DNA from: Octopus sinensis
Lineage: Eukaryota
Direction: 5' to 3'
Assembly: GCF_006345805.1 (NCBI RefSeq)
Contig: NC_043010.1
Location: 4,712,001-4,776,000, forward strand
Length of the DNA stretch: 64,000 bases
The notes under the pieces are model-generated. The model made no database searches, was not told where the DNA came from, and worked only from the letters and a program-made list of their open reading frames with translations. Below are positions 49,364 to 62,303 of this stretch, in pieces. The translations under genes were made by a program, and so were the position numbers. The first letter of the stretch is position 1. Every line of letters starts with the position of its first letter.

Positions 49364-49394
<31 letters not shown>

Positions 49395-49689
49395 TATAGA
49401 CACCAATATATAGATATATATTTGTTGTGTGGTGTAGGTGAATGTTGTGTGTGTGGGTGTGTTTCTGGGCTTTGACATCATATGACATTTGTAGACAAGC
49501 GTCACTGTCATAGAGCTAGTGGCATTCATTTCCAATCTTCCATGGAAACACGTGTGGCCATGAGGAAACATTACCTTGCCTGGATGCTGTTGAATGTTGG
49601 TAACAGGAAGAGCATATGGTGCTTCATATTGTGAAAATTGTCACAACAGATTGTGTCTGACTCCTACGAGCAAAGGGGAAGTAGGTGTT

Positions 49690-49753
49690 AAAATGATGGT
49701 GATGCAGATAATGATGATGATGGTGATGGTGATGATGATGATGATGGTGGTGT

Positions 49754-49800
<47 letters not shown>

Positions 49801-49903
49801 GTGGTGGTGATGGTGATGATGATGATGATGATGATTATGATGATGATGATGGTGATGGTGATGGTGATGATGATGGTGATGATGATGATGGTGATGGTGA
49901 TGG

Positions 49904-49941
<38 letters not shown>

Positions 49942-49948
49942 GTGATGG

Positions 49949-49986
<38 letters not shown>

Positions 49987-50042
49987 GTGATGGTGATGGT
50001 GATGATGATGTGATGATGATGATGGTGATGGTGATGGTGATG

Positions 50043-50074
<32 letters not shown>

Positions 50075-50156
50075 GATGGTGATGGTGATGATGATGATGA
50101 GGATGATGATGGTTGTGGTGGTGGTGGTGGTGGTGGTGGTGATGATGATGATGATG

Positions 50157-50187
<31 letters not shown>

Positions 50188-50230
50188 TGGTGATGCTGTT
50201 AACAATGATGACAACGACGAAGATAATGAT
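49690..50230. repeat. (GAT/GGT)n expanded tract
   Basis: Seen directly; it is the source of the poly-His and poly-Met pseudo-ORFs. Confidence 0.98.
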
Positions 50231-50536
50231 GATGGGGTTCGCAAAGTTTCCATGCACTGAAGTCATTCGTAATCATTGGTTAGTAAGGGTCTCTAGTAGG
50301 AGTTACTTACTCACATCAATGCACAATGAGACTGGGCCCTAAACTCGAAACCCTGCGTCTAAATCTGTGTTCTGCATGTGTATATATGTATATTTGAATC
50401 TATGTATGTATGTATGTATGCATGTATGCATGCATGCATATATATATATGTGTGCTTATATCTATCTATATATCTATCTATCTATCCATCCATCCATCCA
50501 TCCATCCATCCATCTATCTGACTGGCTGTTTGACTA

Positions 50537-50577
<41 letters not shown>

Positions 50578-50668
50578 GTATGTATCTATCTATCCATCCA
50601 TCCATCCGTCCGCCCGTCCGTCCGTCCGTCCGTCCGTCCATCCATCCATCCATCCATCCATCCATCTG

Positions 50669-50754
<86 letters not shown>

Positions 50755-50756
50755 CA

Positions 50757-50787
<31 letters not shown>

Positions 50788-51540
50788 ATCTTTCACTTGC
50801 TTCAGTCATCTGACTGCAGCCAAGCTGGAGCAGCACCTTGAATGATTTTAGCCAAACAAATCAACCCCAATTTAATTTTAAAGCCTAGTACTATCAGTCT
50901 CTTTTATGAACTACTATGCTTTATGGGAATGTAAACACACCAACACTGGTTGTCAAGCACTGATGGTAGTGGTGGTGGTGGGGACAAACACAGACACAAA
51001 GACACACACACAGATATACATATATGCGTATATATATATTTATGTGTGTGTATGTGTGTATGTATTATATATATTATATATATATACATGTATGTATATA
51101 TGTACATATACATATAGATAGATTTCTCACAAATAAAATTAGTAAGAAAGTGAGACAAAGAGAAGACAAACAAGCAAATAACACATAATTTCAGACATGC
51201 AGTATGCCTTGAAGCAAACTAACAACAATGTCAGACTGTGTACAATGAAAATAAATATGCCAATGTAAAACACAAAGTGAGTCTAATGTTCTGTGTTATA
51301 CTCTTTATCAAAAGAAAAAGAACTGATAACAAATATTTATGTCTGTTTACATGGCAGCCTAGTTTGTGTGTGACATAGATATAAATATGTATGTGTGTGT
51401 TTGTTTGTGTGTATGTGAATGTGTGTAGAATAAAATATGCACAAGAGTGCTCAATAAATAAGATATATTTGCTCTATCCATATATAAGTGAAAAATTAGA
51501 ATGGATTTTGTGAAGTTAAAATAAATAAGCTATATACATA

Positions 51541-51915
51541 GGTAGGACTGTGTGGTTAAAAACTTGCTTGCCAACCACATGGTTTTGGGTTCAGTCCCAT
51601 TGCATGGCACCTTCGGCAAGTGTCTTTTACTAAAGCCTTGGTCCAACCAAAGCCTTGTGAGTGGATTTGGTAGACAGAAACTGAAAGAAGCCCATCGTGT
51701 ATATATATAAACATTTCTGTGTATACCTATGTTTGTCCCCCTGACCATCATTTGGCAACCGATGTTGGTATGTTTATGTCCCCGTAACTTTGTGGTTCAG
51801 CAAAAGAGCCATAGAATAAGTACTAGGCTTACAAAGAATAAGTCCTGGGGTCGATTTGTTCGACTAAAGACAGTGCTCCAGTCTGGCCACAGTGAAATGA
51901 CTAAAACAAAAAAGA
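51541..51915 (+). mobile_element. SINE A
   Basis: Near-full copy. Confidence 0.85.
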
Positions 51916-52317
51916 CTACAAGACTAAAAGGACTATACATTACCTTGAGTATATAAATGGTGTGGTGATGAATTCTTCATTGAGTCTGACCATGACTAAG
52001 TGAATTTTTACCTGTGCAATTATTGTCTAAACAATTATGTACTGCACAGGTGTAAGCACCTTTAAAGCAATTCACAGAAAGAATAAGAATGACACAATAT
52101 GACAAAGTTGAGGCCTTTAGTTTGTAGTTATGAATCAGAAAGAAAGAGAGAGAGAGAGGGGGAGAGAGGGCAGTAGTGGTGGGGAGGAACAAATAGAGAG
52201 AGAACTAACTCTTGTTGTAGATTGACATCTTTGTCTCAAAAGTGAGAGATATTTAAGTTCATCAAATCAGCAGGACTTGAAGAAGACAGAGCCCGAACAT
52301 GAACCTGAAGAATAAAT

Positions 52318-52402
52318 GTGTATGTATGTATGTATGTATGCATGTATGTATGTATGTATGTATGTATGTATGTATGTATGTATGTATGTATGTATGTATG
52401 TA

Positions 52403-52433
<31 letters not shown>

Positions 52434-52570
52434 ATGTTTGTATGTATGTATGCATGTATGTATGCATGCATGTATGTATGTATGCATGTATGTATGTATG
52501 TATGTATGTATGTATGCATGCATGCATGCATGTATGTATGTATGTATGTATGTATGTGTGTGTGTGTGTA
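52318..52570. repeat. (TATG)n microsatellite
   Basis: Seen directly. Confidence 0.98.
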
Positions 52571-52652
52571 TATGTACTTTTTTGTGTATATGAGAGTGTA
52601 CATATATATAGACACATACATGAACATACAAGCATATACATAGATACAAATT

Positions 52653-52700
<48 letters not shown>

Positions 52701-52701
<1 letters not shown>

Positions 52702-53065
52702 ATTTATTTGTTTCAGTCATTTGATTGTGGCCATTCTGGAGCACTACATTTAGTTGAACAAATCGACCCCATGACTTATTCTTTGTAATCCTAGTACTTA
52801 TTTGCCAAACTGTTATTGAGACGTAAACACACCAACATCGGTTTTCAAGCGATGGTAGGGCGACAAACACAGACACACAAACACATACATATATATATGT
52901 ATATGACAGGCTTCTTTCAGTTTCCGTCTACCAAATCCACTCACAAGGCTTTGGTTGGCCCGAGGCTACAGTAAAAGACACTTGCCAAAGGTTCCATGCA
53001 TTGGAACTCAGCCTGGAACCATGTGGCTGGTAAGCAAGCTACTTACCACATAGCCACTCTTGCAT
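52701..53065 (-). mobile_element. SINE A
   Basis: Near-full copy. Confidence 0.85.
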
Positions 53066-54177
53066 CTGTATACATACATTCATATTCATACATAGAATAT
53101 ATAAATATGCCTACACATACACATATACGTCTATGCGTATGCGTGTATGAGTAACAGGAAGAGAGAAAGAGAAGAGAATGAGACAGACAGAGATATTGTT
53201 GTTTTTTTAAAGTATTTTTTTGTTTGTGTTCTTTATTTTCATTTAACATTTTTCCACATTAAAAGTCACATTTATATATTTTACTGGAATATTCCAGAAA
53301 TGAAAGTGAATGTAATCATAACATTTTTACACTTACTGAATAATTTGAACTGTAATTGAATGTAGCTGGAGTTTTAAAGAGAGAACTACAAGAAACATAA
53401 ATAATTCCCAACTCTCCTCATCTGTCTCTCCTCTCTCTTACTGTCCCTGTCTCTCTCTATTCCCACGAAATAGATCGATATTATTTAATTGGAACACAGA
53501 GTTCTTAATAAGAATAATTTCCAGCATTAAATTTAATTGTACCAAACTTTAATCATTTATTGTTCGAAATATGAATTATTCGAAAATATAGAAAGAAGTA
53601 AATTGAAAATTTAGAATATAGAATTTTGATGAAATTAATCATATTACATATTAAATCATTTTCCTCATATTTCTAAACCATATGAAACAAATTTTTCCTA
53701 AATTAGTTTTAACAGCAAACCAAAAGAAAAAAAAAAAGAAAGAAAGAAAGAAAGAAGGAAGAATGTAAGAATAAATAAATAGAAGTAGATGTATAAAATA
53801 TAATAGAATATAATAATGTAAGTAAATATATAAAACATAAATATAAAACATATAAAATATTAAAACTGCATAAATCTACAACGCCTAATTTTTGCAGAGC
53901 TTCTAGATTTCCACCAAATGAGCGATGAAGTTTTACCTATAACCTAATAATAGCCAGATAGAAATAGCTCTCTCTTTCTCATCTTTCTCATTCTTCCTTT
54001 CTTCTCCCCATTTTTTTAGATAATGGAAATTTCTGAACTATCTTCACCATGACAACAAGAATTGTGCTTTCAACAATGGAAAAGAGGTTAACAGAACTTG
54101 TTATTCTTACAAGAAGGTTTTTCTTTCTCTTTTTTTTCATCGTTCCATTGACAAGCTCTATACATTAATAAAAAAAA

Positions 54178-54221
<44 letters not shown>

Positions 54222-55033
54222 AAAGAGAAAAAAAGTGGTTTCTTTAGGTTTGTTAATAGAAAAATTGATCAGAAATTTTAAAGAAAGAATGAGTCAAGAA
54301 TGATATGTGTATTTTTGGTCATGTAATTTAGAATTTCTTTAAACTTATCTTAAAGAAAATTGTCTTCAAGAAAAGAAAGGGGGAAAAAAAAGCAAGCAAC
54401 ATAAATAAATAAATAACAGAAAAAAAACAAGAAACAAAAAATCAAATAGTAAAAAAACAAAAAGCAACAGAGTTGCTTTAAGTTGTCTTTAAGCTTACTA
54501 TTAGATTCTTCCAGAGTTGTTTTAGATTTTAAAAAAATAAAAGAATGAAGGTCTTTGCGGACATAAGGATTTCTTAAAGAAACCTTGAAGGATGATAAAT
54601 AAAATAAAGCTTTGACGAATTTAAATAAATAGTATTAAGCAAATGGAAGTAAATAAGGAATTATTGGATTTTTATAAAATATATGCTGTTCTGTTCAAAC
54701 TTCATTTTGAAAGAGTGAGAGGGGGTGAGAGGGAGTGAGAGAGATAGAGAGGCAGAGACAGAGACAGAGACAGTGGTGTACAAAAGTAGAAGCAAAACGC
54801 AATTGTTTTTCTTTTTCTGTTATTGTTGTTGTTGTTGTTGGTGGTTCTTGTATTCACCATATAGGTCATAGAATACAAAATAATACATATTTAGATAATT
54901 CATTTTGGACGGTAGTTGATTTGGAAAGTTTGAGAAAAAAAAAGAGAAGAGAAAGAAAGACTGAGTTGGGGGAAAATTCATTATAAAGGTCAAAGTACAT
55001 GTCGTTGGCATTTATCCTCACACAAACATTTTT

Positions 55034-55064
<31 letters not shown>

Positions 55065-55127
55065 CACACATACATATATATATACATATAGACAGACAGA
55101 TAGATAGATAGATGGATATATTGGTAG

Positions 55128-55168
<41 letters not shown>

Positions 55169-55245
55169 TAGACACACATGTATGAATATATATATATATA
55201 TATACATACGTGTGTGTGTGCATGCACATGTGTATATATATAGAC

Positions 55246-55286
<41 letters not shown>

Positions 55287-56029
55287 TGAAAGGCAATTGT
55301 TTTGTAAGAAACCTATGAACAGTTCTGTCTAGCAGCTCTGCATTTCCAATAAGAAATACAGAAGGCATAAATAACTGCTTCAGCTTGGCGACAATGGCTT
55401 ATCAACTGAAACATCGAGAGGAAAAGAAAAAAAATATCCTGATAAAGGTATTGTTAAGCGGAGTTGGATATTTAGGACAATATTGTTTCATATTTAGAAA
55501 CAGTTTTAAGTATTGTAATGAATTAACAATAACTTTTGTAAATAAATTTACTCACAGACAATGGAGGCATCTCTTAGAAACCATCTAAGGCTTCATGTAT
55601 GATCTTTAATCATTAGGCTTTAGCATTTCAATAGTTTTTCTGTATTTCAGTATCAAACCAGAATTTTATAGCAGACATAAAAAAGAAGAAAAAAACTGGA
55701 AGCAGCATGTTTGTGTTTAATACGTAACTGTTTCAGAAATGATAAAGATGTTGTCTTTTGATCTTCAGCTTCCTAAAACATGGATTTCAGAAATTTATTT
55801 TTGACTAATATATATAACACAATATTCAATAATTGATGTGGACGATGTTTTAGAATGTTTTGATTTTTTTTAAAAATCACACATTTTAACTCTTACTGTA
55901 TATCAGAAGCAACAAATTGTTGTCCTTTGATTTTTTTATTTCATAAAATAGAGATTTTGGTATTAAAAAAATATTTTTTTTAGAGTTATATGCCCTACGG
56001 TATTAAGTTCTAACTCTTAACATTTGGAG

Positions 56030-56619
56030 TTCAAATATTGCTAATATCAACTTTACCTTTCATCTTTCCCTGGTTGATGAAATAAAGTACCCATGAAGCA
56101 CAGGGATCGATATAATTGGTTGTTCCCTTCCCTAAAATTTCTGGCCTTGTGTCTATGTTAGGAATTATAATCAAACACTTAGATGAAAGGTTACTTATCA
56201 GTCTAATATTTCACCAGTCATAAGTTGCAAAATATATTCTAAATCATCAAAGATACTTCACAGCATTATCAGATAGGTTGACAGAAATGTTAGAGCAATA
56301 GGCAACTGCTTTTCAATATTTGTTTTAGATTTTTATGTTCTGAGTTCAAATCCCACAGAGGTCAGCTTTGACTTTCATCATTCTTGTGTTGATAAAATAA
56401 ATACCAGTTAAGACTGGTGTAGACATATATGACGTTCCCCTTCTCCCAAATTTGAGGCCTTGTGCCCTTTGTAAGAAACCTTGGATTTTTATATTCTGAG
56501 TTCAAATGCCACAGAGGTCAGCTTTGGCATTCATCATTCTTAAAACTTAAAACTGGTGTAGACATAACTGACGTTCCCCTTCTCCCAAATTCAAAGCCTG
56601 TGTCCTATGTAAGAAACCC
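56030..56619 (+). mobile_element. Three degenerate SINE D fragments; the last two (56331-56480 and 56487-56619) are a tandem duplication
   Basis: CTGAGTTCAAAT...GAGGTCAGCTTTG and ACTGGTGTAGACAT...GTAAGAAACC are repeated. Confidence 0.65.
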
Positions 56620-57072
56620 ATATTAAATATATTGTTACAATCAAAATACATACTCAACACTAAAAATAGTCACTTCCACACTTGAATGGTTAAACAAAGA
56701 TTTCTAAAACCCTGGTTCACCATAAAATGAAACAAAACATCTATGGAGTACAATGGCTGTAGATCTTTCAACATATTTAGCTTCAGTGTTATCGTATCTG
56801 ACCACTTAAAACATGTCAGAAATACACTAGAATACTTCTAGAGTCATTGGAGTTCATTTCTGGAACTGCACCAGTTTTGCACTGAAAAACGTTTGACACC
56901 ATAGGAAAAAAATGAAAAATGGAATTGTTTTTGTATTTTTCTGGAGAGTCAAAATGGCTCTTTTATGATATAATTGCTTCTAGAACCAATCATTTCTTAA
57001 AGCAGCTGTCTCTCTCAATGAACCTAAACAAATACAGAACACAAAATAGCAGGACAGGAGACTTAATTATCA

Positions 57073-57570
57073 TATCATCATCATCATCATTGTTTAACAT
57101 CTGCCTTCCATGCTGGCATGGGTTGGATGGTTTGACAAAGGCGGTGAGCTGGCAGAATTGTTAGCGAAATGCTTAGCGGTATTTCGTCTGCCGCTACGTT
57201 CTGAGTTCAAATTCCGCTGAGGTCGACTTTGCCTTTCATCCCTTCGGCGTCGATTAAAAAAGTACCAGTTACGCACTGGGGTCGATATGATTGACTTAAT
57301 CCATTTGTCTTTCCTTGTTTGTCCCCTCTGTGTTTAACCCCTTGTGGGTAGTAATGAAATAGGTTTGACAGGAGCTGACCAGGAAGAAGACTGCACCAGA
57401 CTTCTGTGTCTGTTTTGGCGTGGTTTTTATGGCTCGATGCCCTTCCCAAAACCAACCACCCCGCATAGTGGACTGAGTGCGTTTTACGTGGCACCAGGAC
57501 AGGTGAGGGAGGTCAGTTATGACATGGTTTTTACAGTTGGATGTCCATCCAAATGCCAACCACTTTACAG
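57073..57570 (-). mobile_element. Element E interrupted by SINE D
   Basis: The 9-bp TSD GGTTTGACA at 57129-57137 and 57362-57370 flanks the nested SINE D. Confidence 0.75.
57138..57361 (+). mobile_element. SINE D (tRNA-like head with GTCGACTTTGCCTTTCATCC central block)
   Basis: Full copy with a 9-bp TSD. Confidence 0.85.
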
Positions 57571-57913
57571 TAAATTCAGTATTGAGTTTCCATTGAACTA
57601 AGAGGATGACACACCAAATTGATCAATTCATATTCTATCAACTGTAGGCAGCACTAAATTGGAGAAGAGTCAAACATATGCAGAATAACCAGAAAGACAG
57701 GCTACATCCAATACAGGCAATAACTGGACAGAGGGGTGGGAAATATGGTACTCTTGGGCCAGCCTGAAACATAGCATATCTTGAGTGTTGATTCTATCTT
57801 AATACTTCTAAAAATTTGATTGATTGCCTTTGTGCCATGTGTTTTCTCAGAGTAGAGTTAACTGCAGCAGTAACAACAACAACAACAATCAACGAGTGTA
57901 CTTCCATCTAGTC

Positions 57914-58576
57914 CAGTGGCTCTTGACCCTTTTTTGCTTATGAACCCTTTCAATTCCTATTTTATTTTACCGGACCCTCATACCAATTCAATGTTTTAAA
58001 GAATTCCTATTATATTTTTTATGATTCAATGTTCTTTTATTCTTTTACTTGTTTCAGTCATTTGACTGCGGCCATGCTGGAGCATCACCTTTAGTCGAGC
58101 AAATCGACCCCAGGACTTATTTTTTGTTAGCCTAGTACTTATTCTATTGGTATCTTTTGCCGAACTGCTAAGTTACGGGGATGTAAACACACCACCATCA
58201 GTTGTCAAGTGATGTTGGGGGACAAACACAGACACACAAATGCATACACACACATACATATATATATACGTCAGGCTTCTTTCAGTTTCCGTCTACCAAA
58301 TCCACTCACAAGGCTTTGGTCAGCCCGAACTATAGTAGAAGATATTTGCCCAAGGTGCCACACAGTGGGAATTAACCCAGAACCATGTGGTCTGTAAGCA
58401 AGCTACTTACCACACAGCCACTCCTGCGCCTATAATGTTATTAGGAATTACATAAAAAGCTACGAAAATATTTGATGTATTATAGAAGTATGCCCAAACT
58501 AATGTGCATAAATTCTAACAACAAAAACTTATATGGATCCCCAGGGGACACATAGACCCTGGTTGAAAACCCACTG
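57914..58576. mobile_element. hAT-type MITE interrupted by a SINE A copy
   Basis: CAGTGG... / ...CCACTG ends; flanks ATCTAGTC and ACCTAGGC match at 6 of 8 positions. Confidence 0.55.
58033..58430 (-). mobile_element. SINE A
   Basis: Full copy nested in a hAT MITE. Confidence 0.9.
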
Positions 58577-59829
58577 ACCTAGGCATTCAACTAGCTTTAA
58601 AAATATAGTAGCCAAATCGCCCTCAAATCCCTCCCACCACCACCACCATCGCCACCACCATGACCACTACCACCACTTCCACTGCCACCACCACTCTGAA
58701 AAAATTATGTAGGACAACATTAGATAATGTTAGTCCTTAGATACTCTGTTTTGAATAAAAAAAAACGGGATGGTCAGTGCTGACTGCTGATTGCTGGCTG
58801 GAAAATCTTTGATTATAGGTCTGTTCGATCATTGTTGACCCGGGGCTACATCATAACGTAACATAACAACATCAGCAGCAATAAAGCAATTACAACAACA
58901 ACAACAATAACAACTATGGCAATAACAAGAAACAACAACAACAACTGTTATTAGTTATAACCATTTAGAGGTATACTGGCCCTTATTCTGCGAATGATTA
59001 ATAAGATTTTGGGTGTGTTTCTAAGAAAGTAATATGAAATCAAAAGAACAATTGTTAAAACCATTCTTAAAAGTGAAAATTTACTTAAGATCAAAAGATG
59101 GAAAGCAATGATATTTTATTGGTGTTTTTTCTTACTTTTACTGCATTTTTTTTTTTTTTTTTTACTACAAATATCAATAAAAAAAAAAAAAAACGCAAAT
59201 TAATGCAAAGTGTAGATGGATGAAATGGTTTCTGTGGGAAAATTAAATCAAAGAACACACCAGTCACTTTTTGCTGTTTTCTTTTTTTGAAATCTTTCTT
59301 TCTTTTTTTATTTTTGTTTTTGTCTTGTCTTTTAGTATCTGAGTTTTCAGCAAAAATAGTCTTTTATTACTATTTCTTTAAAACTAGTAACACTTTTTTT
59401 TTTTTTTTTTGGAATTGTATGTAATAAAATATAAAATATGACTGTTAAGATGTAGCCACTGAATAGTCCCAGAGTAAAGATGCAATTTTTACAGAATTAG
59501 TAGAAACTGATACCTAAAGAAGATAAAATATATTATGTCTCGTACACTGTGTTTCTATCATATTAATTTCTGCAAAGACTTAAATTCTATATTACAACAA
59601 AAGATTGCTGTAACCATCTGTCACCTTTATTACTACTACTGCTGCTGCTACTGCTGCTGCTAATGATGATGATGATGATGATCTTACTGCTGCCATTGTT
59701 GCTGCTACTACTGTCACAATTGCCATTGCTGTCACTGCCACCAATACCATCACCGCCACTACCACCACTATAACCAGCACTACCAAACTACTACTATGTT
59801 GACCACCACCACTTCTGGCACCATTATTT

Positions 59830-60276
59830 ACAATTGACCAATATTTGTCTTCATCTTGTTTGTTTCTAACACAACATTTTGGCTGATATACCCTCCAGCC
59901 TTCATCAGGTGTCTTGGGAAAATTTCAAACCTGGGTTCTCATTCCTAAGGTATTTTTCGATGTTGTTGTTGTTGTTATTATTATTATTATTATTATTATT
60001 GAGTGAGAGAGCAGTGCATGCCATCAAAGTGACACTGGGGTAAAATATACAAAGCCCAGTATAAACATCATGACTACCCGTCTGATAAGGGTACACTACA
60101 CACATGTATCATAACCATATGTACGCAACATGGTGATCTCATACCAAGATAAACAACACATGACCTTGCAGGTGGGGCCCAGTTAGAATTTTCTTCTTGT
60201 AGAGTAACTCATCCCGCTCAAAAGGTCCCTGTTTAAGGATGTTGAACAGAACACCCATGTTTCCAAAGGTGAATTA
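59830..60276 (-). mobile_element. Interspersed repeat fragment(s) carrying a hammerhead, embedded in (AAT/AAC)n tracts
   Basis: Non-microsatellite blocks 59830-59960 and 60001-60276 separated by (TTA/TTG)n. Whether they are one element is inferred, not shown. Confidence 0.45.
59868..59913 (-). ncRNA. Decayed minimal type I hammerhead (Penelope-type), G12A
   Basis: The minus strand reads GACAC-CTGATGA-A-GGCTG(GAGGGTATAT)CAGCC-AAAAT-GTT-GTGTT. The expected GAAAC differs by two CpG-type transitions. Confidence 0.6.
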
Positions 60277-60392
60277 TTGTTATTATTATTATTATATTAT
60301 TATTATTATTATTATTATTGTTATTGTCATCATCATCATCATCATCATCATCATAATCATCATCATCATCATTATTATTATTATTATTATTA

Positions 60393-61024
60393 CTTTTTTT
60401 TTTTTTCCTTCTTTCAAATTTGCTTCCATTTCTTGCCGAGTGTCTTCCCGACTCCTAGGGCAAAGAAACTCATAGTATTCATTGGTAGGCCATTAAACCA
60501 AACTCAGTAGTTCGTTCATTTTTTTTTTTTTATTTTTTTAAGTTAAATTAAAATACATGAGCAGCAACAGTTCTCACATCGACAATGCTCTTCTCAATAC
60601 GTGTGATGTACCAGTTAAGACAATCTTTTGCACTTCTTGCAGGGATGGTAAGCCAGGGATCATTCTCATATAATTTTCGGTTCCCTTCTTGATCATTCCT
60701 AGTGCTCCTACGATCACTGGTATTGTAACCGCCTTGAGATGCCACATTTTCTCAATTTCAATGAGTAGGTCTTTATATTTTCTGAGCTTGTCAAACTCTT
60801 TCGCTGAGATATTATGATCACCGGGGATGCTCATGTCGATCAATAAGCAAACTTTATTGTTTTGGTCTTTCACAACAATATCTGGTTTATTGGCCTTGAT
60901 GGTTCGGTCTGTATGTACTGGAAAGTCCCACAGAATGGTTACATTTTCTCCTTCAGTTACAGCCTTGGGGTGGTGATTATACCACTTGTCGGCAGTTTTG
61001 ATATTGTAATGCCGACTTATTAGC

Positions 61025-61025
<1 letters not shown>
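60393..61025 (-). mobile_element. 5'-truncated R4/Dong-like non-LTR retrotransposon with restriction-like endonuclease domain
   Basis: Open frame WYNHHPKAV...ILWDFPVHTDRTIKANKPDIVV...LIDMSIP...DKLRKYKDL...IPVIVGALG...KIVLTGTSHVLRRALSM* (PD..D..K type), then 3'UTR, A-tail and (TAA)n flanks. Confidence 0.85.
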
Positions 61026-61060
<35 letters not shown>

Positions 61061-61388
61061 CATTATTATTATTATTATTATTATGGTCACTGCCTGGAAT
61101 TGAACTCGGAATCTGTGTGTGTGTGTGTGTGTGTGTGTTTGACTGTGTGTGTCTATGTTTGTCAACCCCACCAATCCATCACTTGTCAACCAGTGTGAGT
61201 TTGTTTACTAACATCCCTGTAACTTAGCAGTTCAGCAAAAGAGATCCAATAGAATAAATATTAGATTTTAGAATTAATTAAAAAGTGTAAGTTCTCGAGT
61301 TGATACATTTGATTAAAACCCTTCAGTGAGTCAGAATGGCTACGATTGAATGACTGAAACAAGTAAATGATAGAAGATGAATGAGGTA

Positions 61389-61791
61389 CTCTCTCTCTTT
61401 CCTTGTTTCAGTCATTTGACTGCGGCAATGCTGGAGCACCACCTTTAGTCGAGCAAATCGACCCCGGGACTTATTCTTTGTAAGCCCAGTACTTATTCCA
61501 TTGGTCTCTTTTTGCTGAACCGCTAAGTGACGGGGACGTAAACACACCAGCATCGGTTGTAAAGCAATGCTAGGGGAACAAACACAGACACACAAACACA
61601 TACACACATATATATATATACATATATACGACAGGCTTCTTTCAGTTTCCGTCTACCAAATCCACTCACAAGGCATTGGTCGGCCCGGGGCTATAGCAGA
61701 AGACACTTGCCCAAGGTGCCACACAGTGGGACTGAACCCGGAACCATGTGGTTGGTTAGCAAGCTACTTACCACACAGCCACTCCTGCGTC
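61389..61791 (-). mobile_element. SINE A (tail-to-tail with a degenerate plus-strand half copy at about 61115-61375)
   Basis: Full copy. Confidence 0.9.
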
Positions 61792-62303
61792 TCGTCCAGA
61801 CATTTTTGTTAAAACTTATTTGCAATAAATAGGTTCATATTTCTACAATACACAAAATACTTTTATAATTATTTTTTATACAATTCTTAATAATGTTTAA
61901 TTATAATAAGATTTTAAAAAATTTTGAATGGCTTGGAGGGTCCAACCTAGTCAAACAGTAATCAAAAGAGTCCATAGGTAAAAGTGGTCGAGAAACACTG
62001 CTCCACATAGTCATTCAATTTGCAAGAAATAACAATCAAATTTTACTCAAATCATACCTACTAAACTTGAAAGGGAAGGCACATGTGATAACCTTAGTCT
62101 AGATATTTCTTAAGATATACTATGATCACCACTGTTCAATTAGGATGGACCTAGGGCCAAAAAATAGCAATAACAACAAAAAACAAATATCCAAATCACT
62201 TCTTTTATATGATTTTGTATGATGTAAAACTGATCAAGGTTTCGTTTTCAAGTTTTCAATAAATGTATGTTGTGAAAAAGATATTGTTCTTGAATAACGT
62301 AAC

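Noticed and set aside
52212-52308. Minus-strand exon candidate (TTCTTCAG|GTTCATG...)
   Set aside because: The acceptor abuts a microsatellite, the donor is weak, and the peptide is not recognisable.
54020-54117. Plus-strand exon after a strong polypyrimidine-AG
   Set aside because: There are stops in all three frames and no good donor.
1254-61812. Recurrent ORFs ending QIHSQGFGRPEAIVEDTCPRCHAVGLNPEPCG
   Set aside because: They are chance frames through SINE A copies, not a protein family.
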